From positions 62,001 through 126,000 of the forward strand of contig JAHRHZ010000268.1 of assembly GCA_024137785.1 (NCBI GenBank): a stretch of DNA of 64,000 nt, read 5' to 3'. The stretch is from Ginglymostoma cirratum. Taxonomy: Eukaryota. A program made the position numbers and the translations under genes. The stretch's first letter is position 1, and every line of letters starts with the position of its first letter. The notes beneath the pieces are model-generated. The model was not told the DNA's origin. It ran no database searches and saw only the letters and a list, made by a program, of their open reading frames with translations. This document shows, one piece after another, positions 14,453-27,690 of the stretch.

Positions 14453-15350
14453 CAGAATCATACTGCACAGTAGTTCCATTATTTCTGAGCTAGCTCTTAA
14501 TTAGTCCCTTGTCCGTACTACTGCCCCATAGCCCTGCAAATATATCGTTTGCCTGTGTATATCCAAGTGTATATTGAAAGTTACGACTGAAGCTGCTTTC
14601 ACTGCCCTTTCAAGCATAACAACTCATTGTATAATACAGAATTCTCAATTCCTCTCTGGTTCTTTTGCCAGTTATCTCAAATCTTTGCACTCTGCTTGCA
14701 AGCAAGTTTCTCCTTATTCACATAACAAACAAAAAATTAAGTTGCACTGTAACCTCTCCTGTTACAGAAAATTAAACACCCGAGTTTGTCTTGTCAAATT
14801 AACTCCTTCCTCTTTGGTAAAATCCCTTTGCACCATCCTGAAGATCTTGACATTCACCCTAAAGTGTGGTGTGTCGAAATGGACACAATACCTGATCCAA
14901 AGCACAGCCAGTGTTTCACACCCTGCTTAAGTATATGTGATCATTAGTTTTTTAATAGAATTCTAGACTTGCCTTAAAAAGAAATCCAGTCATTTACAAA
15001 AGAGTTCCAGAGATTATTAAGACCTTAAATTATGAAGATTAAGATTGGAGAAGTTAGAATTGAGGCCTTGGGAGAAAAGAAGGTTGAGAGGAAATGCTCT
15101 GGATAGTGTGGATATGGAAAAACCATTCCCACTGTTAAAAAAGGAGAATGAGTGGGCACAGATTTAAAGTAATTGATAAAAGAAGCAAAAGTAACAGGAG
15201 GTAAAACAATTTCATACACTGAATGGCTAGGATCTGGATTGTAATGCCCGAATGCACAGTGGAGACCAGTTCAATTGCAGCATTCAAAGGAGAATTCGAA
15301 TGTTGTCTAAAAGAAACAATATGCAGGATTACAGGGAGAAGATGTGAAAT
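14453..15350. mobile_element. Two decayed CR1 3' fragments in opposite orientation (~14453-14890 minus, ~15035-15350 plus)
   Basis: Resemble CR1 tails (ttggagaagttagaattg...ggagaaaagaaggttgagagg...gcagcattcaaagg). Confidence 0.6.
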
Positions 15351-17594
15351 CAGCTGAATAGCCTCCTTATGCACTGTACCAATTCTGAGATTAATTTGTT
15401 GCTCCTTATGGAATCCTGCTATGGGCAAAATGTCTGCTATTCCCCCTCTATGACAACTGTGACTACATTTCAAAAGTATTTTATTGGCATTAGAACATTG
15501 TAAGGCAGTGAGAGCTGTTCTCTAAATGTAATTTTTTTTACCATCCTAACAGAATGAAAAGCTCTGTTTATCAACCGTAAGTACAGTGAACGTGGACAAT
15601 CCTGAAATCCAATTTCTAGTCAGTGCTAATTGCACAGGTCTCACTGTGATACTGTACTACCAGAGTGGATGGTGTAGAGAACAAATCCATCACTGATGTA
15701 CCAGAATGCTCTTCTGTAATTACAGTTAAAAAGAACACTTAGCTTGAACACATTTCCAGTGTAACTCTGTGAATGCTTGAGCCAAGAAAACAAGATATTA
15801 ATTAATTCCCAAGGTAATACTTTACTCTGATGAGCGCAAAACTTGTTTTACAAAGCTACCCAAAAAAGGTTCTTGAATTAAAACACCGATAAACTTCTCT
15901 ACTGACCTCTACACAGTCAGTGAAAGAAGTTGTACAGTTATAATTTTATCATTGTCTAAAATCCATAGTAATACAATAAGATTCCCAGAAATAAGTTCGA
16001 TTTTCAAGGTAGTTCTTCATGGAAGATATGTGAATATTGACTATTCTTTACAGTACACCAGTAACTGGATTGGGTCCAAACAAAATACTTGCAAGCATGT
16101 GCAAAAAGGTAGAAAGTCCAAATAAAAGTGGCAAGTTAGACTCTGATTACATGATTGAGAAAAGTTCTGCATTAAACAGTCAATTTAATAATTTACTTGG
16201 ATTCCACCCAAAGAAAACAGGAAAGGTTTAAAAGCATGTTTATCAAATCATTAAGCTTGGTAGCTAATGTCAGGGAGTGTATTTTCTGTTGTTTTGCAGA
16301 ATATATCAGAATGTGGAAAGCCAAAGAACATGTACACTATCCAAGGTCTGATGTAAACGATAAGAGAAGGGTTTGGGCCTTCTACAGTTTTAAAAATGTT
16401 TACATCTGTATTTAATACCACCTTTCCCAAATAGCATTTCACACAACATACAGTTGTGTTTTAGTTTATTTTCTCATCAGCAAGATATCTGCAGTGTGCT
16501 GTTAGTTTATTAAGGACCAAAGTTGCAAGGTTTACAACATAATACTGGAACAGATTTGTGCTATGAATAGAACTGTGTCAATCCTGAGAAGGGATGTCCA
16601 AAACTGCTCTTATCTCTAGCTGCAATCAATCCAAAATTCAAAGCTGCTTTCAAAAGTTTACTTTGAAATATGCAGGACGTCAGTGTAGAAAGTTATATTT
16701 TTGTCTGAAAGTGTAGAATTTAACTTCTTAAAAATGTAGGCATGACCTCTAAAATTAAAGAACTCTAATGTAATCTCAATTTTGTGTCATGGCAGAAGTG
16801 AGTAAGGACAGGAGGTAACGATTTTCTTCCAACTAGGATATACACAGCCTGTAAGCGCAAAGTTTGACACATGAATACTGAGAAATACTGAGAATATGGG
16901 GTACTAGGTGGAATGCAATCTTGTCACCACGAATGTTGGGGAGTGGATATTGTCACCAAAGAATGGCTTCAGTACCTTGGATGTTAAAAGTGTATAAAAG
17001 CAGTGAGGAAAATCCAGCAACTTGGGGCTAAATGTACAACATTGGTCATGAAAGGGAGTGGCACAGGCTGGGCTATAATCACTGCTTTAAAACAAAAAGC
17101 TGAATCTGGAAGCAATGAAAGGCAGGTGCAGTAAAAATAACATGGTCACTAACATTCACCTTTTCAAGGTGATGAGGATTTATTTCCACACTGAATGATT
17201 GCTCTTTTGCTGTGTTGTGATTAATCTCTCTGTCACTACTAAAACAGGAACAGGCAGCGGAAAATTCTAAAAAAAAAAATCAAAGCTCAGAATCATCTTT
17301 TTTAAAAAAAATCATATCAGTGACCAAGTCATGAAGCCTGAACTAATTGGAAACAGACTTGTCAACACCATCCAAGGCACTTATGAAAATGAGATAGGGT
17401 GGGAAACCATTGCCAAGAGGATTAAACCAGCAAAGAAACTTGTGTGTAACAGCATTATACTTTCAGTAACTGTAACTGGTACATAGGCAATAATTTTATT
17501 GCCTGTACTTATTTTACAGTCTGCTCAAAGCAGAAGAAAAGTAATTAAAATGTTTTAGTTCTAAAGTGAGCAAGTACTTTTACAGTTTGTTTAA

Positions 17595-18090
17595 GATAAG
17601 ACACCTAGGAGAAGTAGGCTCTTCACCCTTTCCAGTCTGCTCCACCATTCAACAAGATCATGGCTGATCTGATAACCCTCACCTCTACTTTCCAGCCTTG
17701 GCCCCATATTCCCTGACTCCCTTAATAATTAGAAATCTCTCTCTCTGCCTTGACTATACTTATTCACCCAGCTTCAACAGCCGTCTGTAGTAAAGAATTC
17801 CACAGATTTGTTACCTCAGAGAAGAAATCTCTCCTTCTCTCTGTCTTAAATGTGCAACCCCTTATTCTGAGATTACTTCCACTGGTCCTAGATTCTCTCC
17901 ACATCTGTCAAGTACCCTGAAGAATGAGGCACAGTGGTAATGTCAATGGACTGGTAATCCAGATGGCTAGGCTAATACCATGAGGACACAGGTTCAAATC
18001 CCACCATGGCAGCTAGTGAAATTTGAATTCAATAAAAACTTAAATTAGAAGACAGGTTAATGGCGACCGTACATCCACGGTCAATTGTTT
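17595..18090. mobile_element. CR1 3' end (minus, ~17595-17920) followed by the head of a tRNA-SINE (plus, ~17925-18090)
   Basis: ccaccattcaacaagatcatggctgatctg...gaattccacagatt (CR1 tail); ggcacagtggtaatgtc...ggttcaaatcccaccatggc (A/B boxes). Confidence 0.7.
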
Positions 18091-18774
18091 ATTATACATT
18101 ATTCAGAATTGTTTTCCTGAACAGGATTGTGTTAAATTCAGCCCAGACCACAGGCAAGCACTGTAGAGAGCTGGCCAGTTAGGTAGGAATTTGTTCTGGT
18201 TAATTCCCAGGTGATGGGCTTTGCCTGTGAGAAATAAACAAGGTTCAGAATCAAGAATCACAAGGTGACAAAATCTTGGAAAAGTTATGGGTTAATTAAA
18301 AATCAAGTGGACAGCAATGCGAAACAGTCAACTAGATATGCCTAAAGCAGCAGGGCCACTGCAATCTATGAGTCATTTGTATTTCAGTCAGAAAGGCAAT
18401 AACAGAAATTTCACTATAACTTATATATAATGGCTCCAGAATACAGAGAAAGGCAATTAACATGAGTGTACAGCATTGCTTGTTCAAAACACCAGAACAG
18501 TTCCAAAATTAAAGTTATGCTGCCCCCCAGTGACACAAAGTTGAAAGACTTTTTCATGCTAATACTTGCCCCTCCTGAAGATGGCAAAACTTTGGTGAGA
18601 TAGGGCTCGCAAGCTCTCTGGTAACTTGGTCAGGATTCCATCACATAAGAATTGTAAAGAGACTAACCAGTCAAGAAGAGAATCACAATGGAGCTTAAAT
18701 AACATGCACATAACCAAGTACGCTTCCAGTATTAGAGTGATAGCAATTTGCTTTCTCCAACTGTATAGCCCATC

Positions 18775-18809
18775 TTTTCTGATGAAGGGTTTAGGCCCGA
18801 AACGTCAAA
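18775..18809 (+). ncRNA. Minimal hammerhead ribozyme-like motif in a Penelope-type fragment (fragment extends to ~18872)
   Basis: UUUU-CUGAUGA-A-GGGU(UUAG)GCCC-GAAA-CGUC-AAA; core intact, stem I only 3 A-U pairs. Confidence 0.55.
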
Positions 18810-19827
18810 TTTTCCTGCTCCTATGATGCTGCTTGACCTGCTGTGTTCATCCAGCCCCATGCTTGTTATCTCTTCCTCAAGAATGAGGTTAGTCAACTCA
18901 ATATGGCTTGGGACCTGAATCTAGGAACTTCACCAATCTGAACTTCAGATACTCAGTAAATAAATCCACTTAAACAATCTCAAATGGGGTTTATGTTGTC
19001 ACCTAATATTATCTGAATGTCTTGAAGTCAATGCTTCTAATAATGAACTTGAAAGACTGATAATAGTCCAGTCTACATCAGTTACAGTTAAATGCCTACA
19101 ACCCCACAGCCAGGTGCAACAATATAAACCCAGAATTCAAAAGCAGCTTCTCACAAAATCAGAGCAGTAACCTTTGCTCCGAATTAGCTAGTCACAGTAA
19201 TGTTACACAAATTGAAAAGTTGGGGACTTCCACATGGTGATTGCTGAACCCAGCTGTTCTGACCATACTGCAAGACACATGCTTTCAATAGGGTGCAAAA
19301 AGCAGCAGGCAAGCAGTCAGAGTTCAAAGACAGCAGCAGCAACAATGCTACACTGTCCTCAGTAAGGTGCACAAAGAGTTATAAAGGACAAGCTGTGGTG
19401 ATCTGGCAGGTACTACACACAGAAAAAACACTTCTGTGATGGTTAAATGTATCAACAGCATGAAACGAAGTCACATAGACTACGAAGGATGTAGGTTGCA
19501 AACCTATATTAGGAAAGAACATAGTACTGTCATTGCAGGAGGAGGAAAAATCTGTAACTGATCATTATTCAGCAGGTGCCTCATCCTGAAAAGAACAAGT
19601 GCATATAAATCAGACAAGGACATTAAAGAGAGTGGCTATGATTCAACCAAATTTGAATGCCCTTCCACTTGTTATTTGCTCAGAGTGAAAGCTGGTACTG
19701 CAGATGTTCATGGAACTAATATTCTAATGGAAATCACAATCTTCTGAATACAAGGGGGGGAAAAAGAAGAACATTTGTGATACGTATAAATGTCATTTAT
19801 TACAATGTTGGTAAAAGGACATATTCA

Positions 19828-20249
19828 GGTTAATAGGCCGGGACTAATTTCACTGGAGCATAAGAGATTAAGGGGTGACCTTATAATGGTTTAAAAGATC
19901 ATGAGGGGCATAGATAAGGTGGAGAGCAAGGGTCTTTTCCCTATTGTGGGGGGAGTTCAAAAGTAGAGGGCATTTTTTAAGGTGAGAGGAGCAAGGTTTA
20001 AAAAGGACATGAGGGGGCGACTTTTTTTATACAGAGAGTGGTTAGCATGTGGAATGAACTGCCAGACGAAGTGGTGGATGCAAGCGCAGTTACAATGGTT
20101 AAAGACATTTGGATAAGTATGTGAATGGGAAAGGTTTAGAGGGATATAGGCCAAATGCCGGCAGGTGGGACTAATTTAGTTTGGGAACATGGTCAGCATG
20201 GACAAGTTGGACCAAAGGGTCTGTTTCCATGCTGTATGACTCTATGACT
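19828..20249 (+). mobile_element. CR1 LINE 3' end, 5'-truncated
   Basis: Encodes SLE..RLRGDL...FFIQRVV..WNELP; ends in a tgtatgactctatgact microsatellite-type tail. Confidence 0.9.
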
Positions 20250-21905
20250 AAGACTAGGATTGTATTACATGGTTTCAGCTACAACCACAAGAGAAGCTGT
20301 CCAGCTAACTCAAATAGATTATCAACAGAATTAATCACATATCGCTCCTCAATCACAGTGTTTTCTAATTCCATTCAAATCATACCTCAGTTGGAAATCG
20401 TTAAGATTTTCTGAACTTCTTGGACTGCAAAACCCAAATAACTTTTGTTGTTACTATCAATGTTCTTCTGGCGAGCTTAACAGTTAACTCTTTGTCTCTC
20501 CACAAACTGCTACTATGTGTTACACACTTATTTGAAGTTTGGAAATAAAGTGGTTGGTGGGGTCATCAATTGATTATGCTTTAAATCTAATCGGTACACA
20601 GATCATTTGATTAGTAATGTGGGTATAAGCATAAATATTAATTGTAAATACTGAGAAGTGAACAAATATACTAGAAATGTTAAGCTAGGATTACCACACC
20701 GATGGCTATGATGTTGTGTTTAGCAGCATCAGTTGTCAGTTTTTGATACTTTTTTACTAGCTCAGCAACTGTCGTGGTAGTGCCTACTGAGTGACAAGGC
20801 TTACGTTTACCAGACAGCTTCAATCCTGCTCTTCTGCACATTCATCAGTGTCAGTAAGGTTGCAGCATGAATTTTTACTTATTTTTAGAATACATGCAGG
20901 AGAACAGAAAGATTCTAATGAAGTAAACCACACTGAAGTTCATTTGTGTATGCACTGCAGAATGCACACCATTTCTAACATCTGTCCATAAAAATGGGTT
21001 AGTAGCTGCTCTTAGCCATGTAATTCATCTGAGTATTGCATTTCACTTTGTTTATGTTGTTAAACAAAGAATTAACATTATGTTCTAGGCCACTATACAG
21101 TGTTTAAAGAATAAGCACCTATAAAGTGGATTTTAAAGTGACGTCCCAATAATATTAATCCCATTATAAAATGCTAAAGTCCCATTTGACATTCAGGATA
21201 ACTTTAATATGGGGTTTCCCTTCAATAATCACTACTGCCCTTCTACTTGTATCTTTGTATTTTGAAAGTCTTTCCTTCACTTGTGCTAGTTTGTGTATTT
21301 CTGCAAGAAGTGACATGGACAGATATAGACAGTTGCACAAAGCAGGTCTTTTATCTTCCCTGTCTCAGCACACATCCTTGAAATACTTGACAGCTATTCA
21401 CAGTTCTTGTTATACATCGTAGCACAATAAAATGGTGTCATATAAAGCACTAACTAAAACAATAACCAAAAGTATCAGACTTAGTGAACACGGAGTAGAT
21501 AAGGTCAACATTCATACAACTCTACAATAAATGATGTGCTGAATGACTTCCTCTGAACTGTAACAATTCTGTAAAAAAAGTATTTTTATAGTCTGTGGGT
21601 CTCAGTTCGCTATGCAAGGAATGGAATAAGGAGTGGCTGGAAAACTGATGATTCACTCCATTCAGTTGTTGGGCAAAGGTGAGAGGGAGAAAGTCTCTGT
21701 GCAGCACAGACAGAGTGAGAACGAGAGAGAGTTGATTATGATTAGATCTAATCTGCATTATATTCAACCCAAACTATTTTCTGGATGAACAGATCATTCT
21801 GAATTATCAAGTCTATGATCGAATGTCATTGTGAACACTATAGCAAACATACATTCACTTCCAAATCTGTGGTTCCTCCTTTTATAGTCTATCACTTTTC
21901 AAATA

Positions 21906-22106
21906 CAAGTAGTTCGCCATTATGCGATAGTTGCGTTCTTGTGTGATCTCGCGCTATAGAAAATCGAGTTATAGGGAAATCTCTATAGAAAATTGCTATA
22001 CAGCACCTGTACATTAGCAAGTTCATGTTGTCCAAACAGCGTTCACTACTCAATTAGTTACAGTCAATTCACACGAATGAAACATGTGTTATAGCAGAAC
22101 TACCTG
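21906..22106. mobile_element. Tigger/pogo-like MITE
   Basis: Imperfect terminal inverted repeats caagtagttcgccattatgcg / gtgttatagcagaactacctg, preceded by TA; about 200 bp; internal ctatagaaaat repeats. Confidence 0.6.
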
Positions 22107-24420
22107 AACTGGATTCAGCCTAAACAACCCAAGCTCACCCCTTTAAGTAATGGTTGCTGTGATTCTATAAATATTGTACTCTGAACCGAATATGGATGAC
22201 AACCAGCTGAAATGTGAAATTTACCTTACTAATTTCAACAATGAATATTTGCAGGGGTCAGAGAACACTGCAAAGCAAAAATAAAAATACTCTGATGGAA
22301 AAACTGAAGCATGGTTGTGTTTATTAAGAACTTGTGAAAAGATAGATGGGGCTCAAGACAATCTAAAATTGGTTTTTATACCTAAAATGCATGATTTGTG
22401 GGATATGTGCTATCGTTTATCCTTCATATCAAATATAATCAGTGGTAACGGCCCAGATTTTGTGTCTTTTTTGTGCCATAACAATTCATCACTGACCTCA
22501 AAGAATGTTTTCTACAAAGTGTCAAAAAGATGCAACATTTTGAAGGTTTTTACAGTGAGACTAACAACATAGGAGTGGAAGTTCTCAAATGATTTGCCAT
22601 TGACTGAAGTCTGAGAGTGCCTCTACAGAAACAGTGACAAAACTGACTTTTTTTTTTCCCTCAACACATACTAGCATATTTCAACACAAGCCTTTACTTT
22701 CAGACTTGGGTTTAAATTTTGCTAAAATTTGTTCTTGGTGAGTCTACAGTATAAGCTTACTTTCAGGATTCTGATCCTTCGTGCAAATGTTGACACAAGT
22801 CTAGAGATGAGTTTAGATATCTAACAGAATAGCACAATTATTAGCTGCTGCAACTGACTTGGACATTATCACTGGAAACAAAGGGCAACAATTAAACTTC
22901 CTGGACTGCAGCTTTGTAGGTGAGGTAAACTGATTACAGAGAGACTTGAGCACAATTATTTGCACAGATCAGCCAGTGACAAACTGGAATAAGATAAATT
23001 TGTAAATACATTCTGCCTGGTCATTGTAGACATCAGGTCACATCCTAAGTACTAAAGAACTATGGAAATAAACACTTGGGACAGAGTTTATTACAGTTGA
23101 AAATGTTTGGACCAACTAACTTCATGAGACTAGAGCAGAAGTTTTATTTGGAGTAACAAGCTTTGAATCAGATACAACTGGCTAACTGTCCTCCGCCGTA
23201 TACAGAAAAAAGGTCAGACAATATTCAGGATATGTCTTCCAGCAAAACAGGAGCTACTGTTCTTAAAAGATTGCTGTGCCCGTTCTATCAGTCACTTACA
23301 AAATGAAGCAAAAAAATCTTTATTCTGTATGCTTTTGAAAATAGCTGTGAGAAATAACTTCAAATCTATTTTTCATCCCGCTGGCATTTTATTTTAGTAC
23401 AGGTTGTAGCAGTTTACTGCCCAGTGCAAAAGATGGTACAAGGTGAAATTTTTCCATCACCAGTATTGAGAACACACTGACAATATGTGGCACATCAAGC
23501 CACAGAGTGAAGTGCATCTGTGACTCTGCCACAAGAATGTGCTTTAATATCAATCTTAGACATTGACAATTAACATAGGATTATGCTGTGGGCCTTTGTC
23601 CACTGGCTACCTGGATTAAGACAACCCAGCTGCTTAATAGTGTACAATGCATGTGTGGGGTTTATATGGGCTTTAGCTCTTCATCAACCATTCATAACCT
23701 TCATAACACTTAAACCCTATTAACATTACTGCGAAAAGCTTTCAAAACCTGAACAAAAATATAACAGTCAAAACCACTGAAGGTTCATTTTTAGAACTTT
23801 ACAATTTAAAACGTACACAGCAGAAGCTCCCAAGCTGTGGTACTTGAACCCCTTAGGCATCTGCATGGAGGTTTGGGTACACCACAGAGGCTGTCTAATG
23901 GTGGATTCTATTTAATAATTTTATTTGTGAAAACACAGATATATGCAGATGATGGTGCACAAAGCTCTCTACCTCTAATGACAGTAGAATACACTGTAGT
24001 GTCATGCATTGAGAAACTACCCAGTACTCTGGAGCCCAGAACTAAGGCAGGTTTCCTTTTGTATAAGAACTAATCAGCTGGGGTGTATGGTGAAAAGTGA
24101 AGCTAGCCAAAAGTAGGTAGCATGAAGAGGAGATCATAAAGAAATCATGACTCAAACCATCTTCTCATTGGTTTCAGAATTTGATTCTCTCTTGGGGAAC
24201 TCACAAATATCACTTACCACACCAAACACGTGCTCGTGTTCAAACTAATAATCTCATTTGCAATATTAATAATGAGTAGTTTTATAATGCTATTCTTCAT
24301 ATCATATGTTAGTATTATAATTTGTATAACGTTTGGGCACTGAAAACGTTAACATATTAACCCTGTTTGTTGGGTAAGTGTAATGCAAGCAGCTGGCAGT
24401 TGTGGAAGAGGGAAAATAAA

Positions 24421-24780
24421 GGGAGGCGATGGTCTCGTGATATTATTGCTGGACTGTTAATCCAGTAACCCAGAAAACATTTTGGGGACCCAGGCTCAAA
24501 TCCCGCCTCAGCAGATGGTGGAATTTGAATTCAATAAAATATCTGGAATTAAGAATCTAATAATGACCATGAATCCATTGTTGATTGTCGGAGAAACCCA
24601 TCTGGTTCACTAATATCCTTTAGGGAAGGAAACTGCCATCCTTACCTGGTCTGGCCTACATGTGATTCCATACCCACAGCATTGTGGTTGACTCTGAACT
24701 GCCCTCTGGGCAATTAAGGATGGGCAATAAATGCTGCCAAGCCAGCGATGCCCACATCCTGTTAATGAATAAAAAAAAAA
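24421..24780 (+). mobile_element. Full-length tRNA-derived SINE with LINE-derived tail and poly(A)
   Basis: Head with B-box-like ggctcaaatccc; tail gggcaataaatgctg...gcccacatcctgttaatgaataaaaaaaaaa; at least five other copies in the window. Confidence 0.85.
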
Positions 24781-25894
24781 ACAGTACAAGCTTGGGAAGC
24801 TTGGCTGTACAAGATAGAAGGTTGAACATTTCTCCCCAAACAAATGCACTGTGTGGTGTGATATAAAGCCATAATCCAGGCCCAGATTTGATCACTGACG
24901 TGTTTCAGCTAATTGATGAAAATAAAGGGTAACACATTGAGCACAACACAACAATATTCCTGGGATTATTCCAAATGAGAAGGGGACAGAACTTTCATAT
25001 CAGCTTTTCTTAATTCATAACACTCTTGCTTCTGCGTTAGATAGTTGTGGATTTCAGCTCTGCATCAGGATTTTACAACGTGACCAAGCATTGAGAATAC
25101 TGCATTACTTGAGGTGCTGGTGTTTAATTAGGGTATACTAGGGTGCTAAATTAACACAAGCATCAATTCAATCAGGGGTGTGATTTCAGATCACTATCCA
25201 GTCAACCCCAGCCTCACCCTCACCAAATCCAAAACCCAGAAGTGTACAACTGGGAAAGAACAAAGGAGGCTCAGCTTACGGATGTTCACCACGACAGATC
25301 ATCCTAACACTCAGCAAGAAGGTTAACATGAGTAGATACAGCAAACTCCAACATAACATTGCATTCTTGAAAAAGGTGTTTTCAGAATCAGCATCAAATA
25401 GGTAAAAAAATTACTCCCACCAGGAGGTTGGGTTAGATATACATATAACTGCAATCTTTGAATCTTTCCCTAAAATCTGCCAGACACCAATCATTTGGCC
25501 ATAGATTCTTCAGTTTACAAAAAATTTAGTGATGGTTAAAGCAGACCATACCATCATATGTTAAGTGTGAATACATTTCAACTTTGCACTGCTTACATTC
25601 TGATTCACCAATATATGCTTTGAAATATAAAGATCATCATTCAAGGGAACAAAGCCTTTACTTCGAACAAAAAAGAATATTTAGAAAATGATATTTGAAA
25701 TGTTTACTTCTTTCTGTAAATACCCTCACCGAGCATACAATTGGGACAAACTAACAATGAAATAATATTAAGGAAGACCAGGCCTGTGCCCCATATGCAC
25801 ATCCATTCGATACTGGACACACCCAACCTATAAAATGACTTCCCATCTGTCCAGACATGGACACAAGTGGTTAAATGTCAGTTGTGATTCAGTC

Positions 25895-26550
25895 TTAGCA
25901 CTCTCATCTAAGCCAGAAGGTTGTGGATTCAGGTCCCATTCCTGGCACAAGCATAGTGTCTCGACCAGATCTCGAGTGCAGCATTGAGGGTATGCTTCAT
26001 TGTTGGGGATGTCGTTTTCAGATCAGATGCTAAACCAAGATGCCCATCTCTTCTATCAGGTGAGTGTAAAGGATGCATTAAGATTCCACGGATGGGGAAG
26101 GCAGTGCTTCCCCATGTCCCAGCCAACACCTGTCCCTCAACCAACAACTAAAAACAGATTACCTGACTATCATCGCACTCCAATTTGTGGGAGCTTGCTG
26201 TACATAGGTCGACTGCTGGGTTTCCCATATGTCAACAGAGGCCATACTTCAAGAACACTGAAGAGTTAAACAAAAATAAACCCAAAGAACGACAGATGCT
26301 GCGTATCAGAAGTAAAAACAGAAATTACAGAAACTCCACAGGTCTGGCAGCATCTATGGAGAAAAAACAAAGTTAACGTTTCGGGTCCAGTGACCCTTGT
26401 TCAGTCTGGATCTGAAATGTCAACTCTATTTTTATTCTACAGATGCTGCCAGACCTGCTGAGTTTCTCCACCAATTTCTGTTTTTGTTACTTTAAAGTGA
26501 TGTGTGATATTCTGAAAGAAGCTACAGAAATACTAGTCTTTCTTTTAAGT
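25895..26550 (+). mobile_element. Deu-domain SINE interrupted by a Penelope-type inverted element (~26283-26487)
   Basis: Deu-like core gatgtcgttttcagatcagatgctaaaccaag...ccctcaaccaacaactaaaaacagatta...tttgtgggagcttgctgt; tail resumes at ~26490. Confidence 0.75.
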
Positions 26551-27221
26551 CTCAGAGATTACTGAATCCAAACTTGGTACAGAAGTAAAACACACTGACA
26601 GTTATCAGCAGATGTTTACATTTAAAATGTTCAGATTGCAGACTGGATTTTATAGAGCACTGACATTTCTTACAAACAAGTGTAGGGAACTGTTCAGGAT
26701 TAATTGCAAATTGCATGTATATAGACTGCCATGTGCATGTAACAACTAAGTGTTTTCCATCATGATGTATATTGTACCTGCACTTAAGGAGCAAGACTCA
26801 ATCACTCTGGGAGAATTTCTGGGAGCAGGCCTATAAAGGCATTTGAAATGGTGCTCTCCAAAACTACAAAACCATCTTAGTCACGCAGTTCACCCCTTGC
26901 AACATACCCTACAAAGGAGACATCCCCCAACAATGTAATCACCTCAGCACCTCCAATGAGGGGACACATGAAATGAGAAACAGTAGGAAATGGCACTGAA
27001 GAGGTTTTGCAGAGTTAAGAATGAGCAATGTGTGAGGGATGTATTAAAGTACGTAAGTCTTAGCCACTCCTGGCAGGAGGGGGAAATGGGGTTTTAAACA
27101 GAAATTTGACCAATTTTCTCGGCCTATTTAGGCAGTGGCGTCCTGGATCTTTGACAATTTTGGTTGTACATTCTCATTTAAATTGCTAGACCCAGTACAC
27201 AGTAGAGTTTTCTGTACATAC

Positions 27222-27319
27222 CTCGAAGAATGCGTTCCTCGTGGCATCGGAGAAAGTCCCAGATTCGAACTGTGCCGTCGTCAGAACATGTGGCAAATTT
27301 ATTATCCGTAGGTGAGAAA
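27222..27319 (-). CDS. WDR33: WDR33 exon 7, (S)[32 protein letters not shown](G)
   Basis: Manual translation; gtaacag| acceptor with upstream gctgac branch-like motif, |gtatgt donor; 98 nt. Confidence 0.98.
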
Positions 27320-27589
27320 CTGTTACATGAAGACACACAGTAGGGGAAAAGAGGTCAGCATTTAACAGGAGCCGAACGGAGCCCAATCTGGAACACCCTC
27401 ACATAAGCGTTCTGTACAAATGGACTCCAGAAGTTAACTAGAACAACCACAATGCTTTATGTTGGAATCTCGATTATTCGCCAATGTGGAATAGGATCCG
27501 CCCCCACAGCAAATAAGAAATTGGCAGACAATCGAAAGTTCCCTTATACTTAGTTTGATGTCAAGTTTCAGATATCTTTAATCAACCTG

Positions 27590-27690
27590 TTCAGAAGTTT
27601 TATAGCACACCTCTGGAACAGGTGGGACTTGAACCCAGGTCTTCGGGCTCAGAAGGAAGGGACACTGCCACTGCACCACAAGGGCCTATG
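27590..27690 (-). mobile_element. Short tRNA-like SINE head
   Basis: Minus strand cttgtggtgcagtggcagtgtccc...gggttcaagtcccacc (A and B boxes); similar to 11005-11102 and 57757-57818. Confidence 0.65.

Noticed and set aside
27186-27386. 66-aa minus ORF over exon 7
   Set aside because: Wrong frame; the WDR33 frame is fixed by the phase-2 junction with exon 6
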